64,000 nt of DNA, from positions 715,411-779,410 of the forward strand of contig OY730441.1 of assembly GCA_963422665.1 (NCBI GenBank), read 5' to 3'. The notes under the pieces were generated by a model. The model saw only the letters and a list, made by a program, of their open reading frames with translations, had not been told where the DNA came from and did no database searches. Of this stretch, positions 62,115 through 64,000 are shown piece by piece. Position numbers and translations under genes: made by a program. Source of the stretch: Alphaproteobacteria bacterium (lineage in GTDB: Bacteria; Pseudomonadota; Alphaproteobacteria; Bin95). Each line of letters starts with the position of its first letter. Position 1 is the stretch's first letter.

Positions 62115-62520
62115 CGCCGCTGCCTGCAGCGTCTTTCCGGCCCTCTCCACCCGCCTCGCTGAAGCCCTTTCCCTCTGCATCGCGCCTGTCGTTCCTCCAT
62201 CGTCTTTCACTCCGTTCGTATTGCGGCCGGTTTCCCGGCGGCGGGTCCCTATTTCCGCGCGCATCGCACGCGCGCGCGAGGCGGCGGACGCAGCTCTCCC
62301 GCGAGTTTCGGGCGGAGTTTTCAGAAGCGAGAGACGCGGCCCCGGAAGCCGCTGCTCTCAGGACCATCCTAGCACATTCTCCCCAGTCAAGTCCCTAATG
62401 AAACAAAAAGCGAATATTATGGCTCCTCATTTTGTCGGATAAGGGCGCGCCACGCCGAGCGGCCGGATACGGATGTGTGAATCCGGTAGCCTCACCGACT
62501 CCGGACGAGAGGTCGTTCCC

Positions 62521-63129
62521 ATGACGCTCCAAAACCGCGTGACGCCGTTCGGAGACATTATCGCCGCGCCGGAGCGCGGAACGATGATGGGCAATCGCGG
62601 CATTCTGCACGACGCTTGCCGGAAGATCGGCCAGCGGCGCTGGGCGCACCGGGCCTGGATTTGCTGCGTCGTCGAGTTCCGGGGCAGGCGCCGGCAGGTC
62701 ATGACGCCGAGACGCTACACGGAGCTGTTCTTTCTCGACGAGGCGGTTGCGTTCGCTGCCGGGCACCGCCCCTGCTTCGAGTGCCGCCGCGAGGCCGCAA
62801 AGGCCTATGCGGCCGGCTGGGGCGGAAACCCGCGAGCGGCGGAGATGGACCGGGTATTGCATGCCGAACGGCTGTCGGGGAAAGCGCAGCGGACATGTTC
62901 CCGCGACCTCGCCGGGCTTCCCGACGGTGCGTTCATTGCCAGGCGCGGCGTGGCCTGGCTGGTCAAGGGATCGAGGCTACTGCGCTACACGCCTGCCGGA
63001 TACGACGCGGCGGAAGCACGGCCTGCCGGCACCGTCGAGGCGCTCACGCCGCCGGCCACGCTCCGGGCGCTCAGCGCCGGCTACGAACCCTTGCTGCATC
63101 CGTCTGCAGAAGCTCCATTTGAGCCTTGA
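62521..63129 (+). CDS. hypothetical protein
   Basis: 202 aa from MTLQNRVTPFGDI. No domain recognised. Confidence 0.4.
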   Translation: MTLQNRVTPFGDIIAAPERGTMMGNRGILHDACRKIGQRRWAHRAWICCVVEFRGRRRQVMTPRRYTELFFLDEAVAFAAGHRPCFECRREAAKAYAAGWGGNPRAAEMDRVLHAERLSGKAQRTCSRDLAGLPDGAFIARRGVAWLVKGSRLLRYTPAGYDAAEARPAGTVEALTPPATLRALSAGYEPLLHPSAEAPFEP

Positions 63130-63925
63130 ACACGAGATCCGAAATCCCCGCTGCAGCGCCCTCGGCGGCAGCGGCAAGCGGCGTCCACTCTCCGGCAAGC
63201 CATTCGGCCGGCACCGCATTGGCCTGATCGACTCGTCCGACCTCGCGCCCGTCCGACCATTTCACGACCCAGCCCAGCCGCACCTCCCGCAGGCCGGCAT
63301 GGATCGGCCCGACTTCTGCACTGCCGAAAACGTGCAGATGGCTCGGCGCGGCCGGCGGCACGACATTGAGGCCCTGGCCCGCAAGCACCGTTTCCAGCGC
63401 CTTCAGCAAGGAGCCGGGCAGGCCTGCCTCGGCGTCGGCGGCTATGGAAATTTTCAGTCGCGCGGACACAGTCTCGTCCTGCCGCTCCGCCCGGATGCGC
63501 CGAGCCACTCCTTCGGCCAGTTCTTCCAGGAGCAATGGCGCCGCATCCGCCCCGCTGTCTTCCACCTTCTGCGCGAAGCGCGCCGCTACCGTGTCGTCCC
63601 AGGCCCTGAGTTCCCAGTCGAACGAGACCGGGGCAATTCCGTTGGGCGTGGCGCCGAGGACGGTGCGTCCTGCCAGCCGATAGCTCAGCAGGTTGCCGCG
63701 CTGCCGGCTCGCCGGCAGCCCGCGCCGTTGCAGCGCGCTTTCCAGGCCCCGCCGCAGCCGGTCCTCGAGTTGCGGCGGCGCCCCTGCAATTCGTCCAACC
63801 TCCACACCCACGGTATCGGGAAGCGCCAGCAGCGCGCTCGCCCTGTCGCGTTCCATGACCTGCGGCAGGGGTTGGCAGGCCGCCGCCAGCAGTATCGCAG
63901 CCAGAACGTGGAACGCCCTAGACAA
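63071..63925 (-). CDS. putative lipoprotein
   Basis: It has a signal peptide with a lipobox-like LAAAC. The TTG start is at 63925. Confidence 0.45.
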   Translation of the reverse strand: MSRAFHVLAAILLAAACQPLPQVMERDRASALLALPDTVGVEVGRIAGAPPQLEDRLRRGLESALQRRGLPASRQRGNLLSYRLAGRTVLGATPNGIAPVSFDWELRAWDDTVAARFAQKVEDSGADAAPLLLEELAEGVARRIRAERQDETVSARLKISIAADAEAGLPGSLLKALETVLAGQGLNVVPPAAPSHLHVFGSAEVGPIHAGLREVRLGWVVKWSDGREVGRVDQANAVPAEWLAGEWTPLAAAAEGAAAGISDLVFKAQMELLQTDAARVRSRR

Positions 63926-64000
63926 GGATGCAACTCACGACGAGGCCGAGCAGGCAGAGCCCGAGGAAGATTACGAGATGCGGCATTTCCGCGGTGTCCC
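63918..64000 (-). CDS. C-terminal fragment of a small hydrophobic protein (5' end lies beyond the window)
   Basis: ...EMPHLVIFLGLCLLGLVVSCILV*. Confidence 0.25.
   Translation of the reverse strand, partial: DTAEMPHLVIFLGLCLLGLVVSCILV

Overview
This is a high-GC (about 65-68%) alphaproteobacterial chromosome segment. Gene content and synteny (pckA, chvI, chvG, hprK, EIIA-Man, HPr, ahcY) point to a Rhizobiales/Hyphomicrobiales-like genome.

The core genes are, in order:
- a benzoyl-CoA oxidation (box) cluster: boxC (partial), boxB, and an FprA-type reductase in place of boxA
- pckA, chvI/chvG, hprK, rapZ, PTS EIIA, HPr and ahcY
- a TRAP transporter and a fatty-acid/aromatic-type catabolic cluster (acyl-CoA dehydrogenases, a crotonase, an HpaB-like monooxygenase)
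- modABC and a tupBCA-like oxyanion uptake locus with an HTH+PBP regulator
- an SDR, a fused hydantoinase/oxoprolinase, and LLM and GMC oxidoreductases

Several accessory features are interleaved with these:
1. A solitary, about 1373-aa fused nuclease/N6-adenine-methyltransferase (Type IIG-like RM enzyme).
2. A UGSC-family selenoprotein gene with an in-frame TGA, next to a thioredoxin-fold gene.
3. Five paralogous small genes encoding N-terminal-TM plus coiled-coil-repeat proteins. Two of them sit as roughly 450-bp cassettes between 85-90 bp direct duplications of the 3' end of the neighbouring gene. Several carry in-frame tandem DNA repeats.
4. A surface-polysaccharide accessory cluster (GT4, GT2, a DXD glycosyltransferase, FkbM methyltransferase, a YrbL-like kinase) ending in an IS630 transposase fragment.
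5. A low-GC islet with an MT-A70 DNA methyltransferase, next to a DUF262/DUF1524 (GmrSD-like Type IV restriction) gene.
6. Two promoter-proximal arrays of three GTCATG hexamers at exact 10-bp phasing.
7. A G14 homopolymer and a phage terminase-small-subunit-like ORF fragment.

Caveat: many apparent frameshifts (GT2, LLM, GMC, one small cassette gene, an unknown gene) sit exactly in A- or G-homopolymers. They may be assembly errors rather than true pseudogenes.

I found no rRNA, tRNA or CRISPR. The very long ORFs in the supplied track (for example 53307..59372-, 6235..10092+, 9723..12716+, 25349..27874-) are alternative-frame artefacts of GC-rich DNA.
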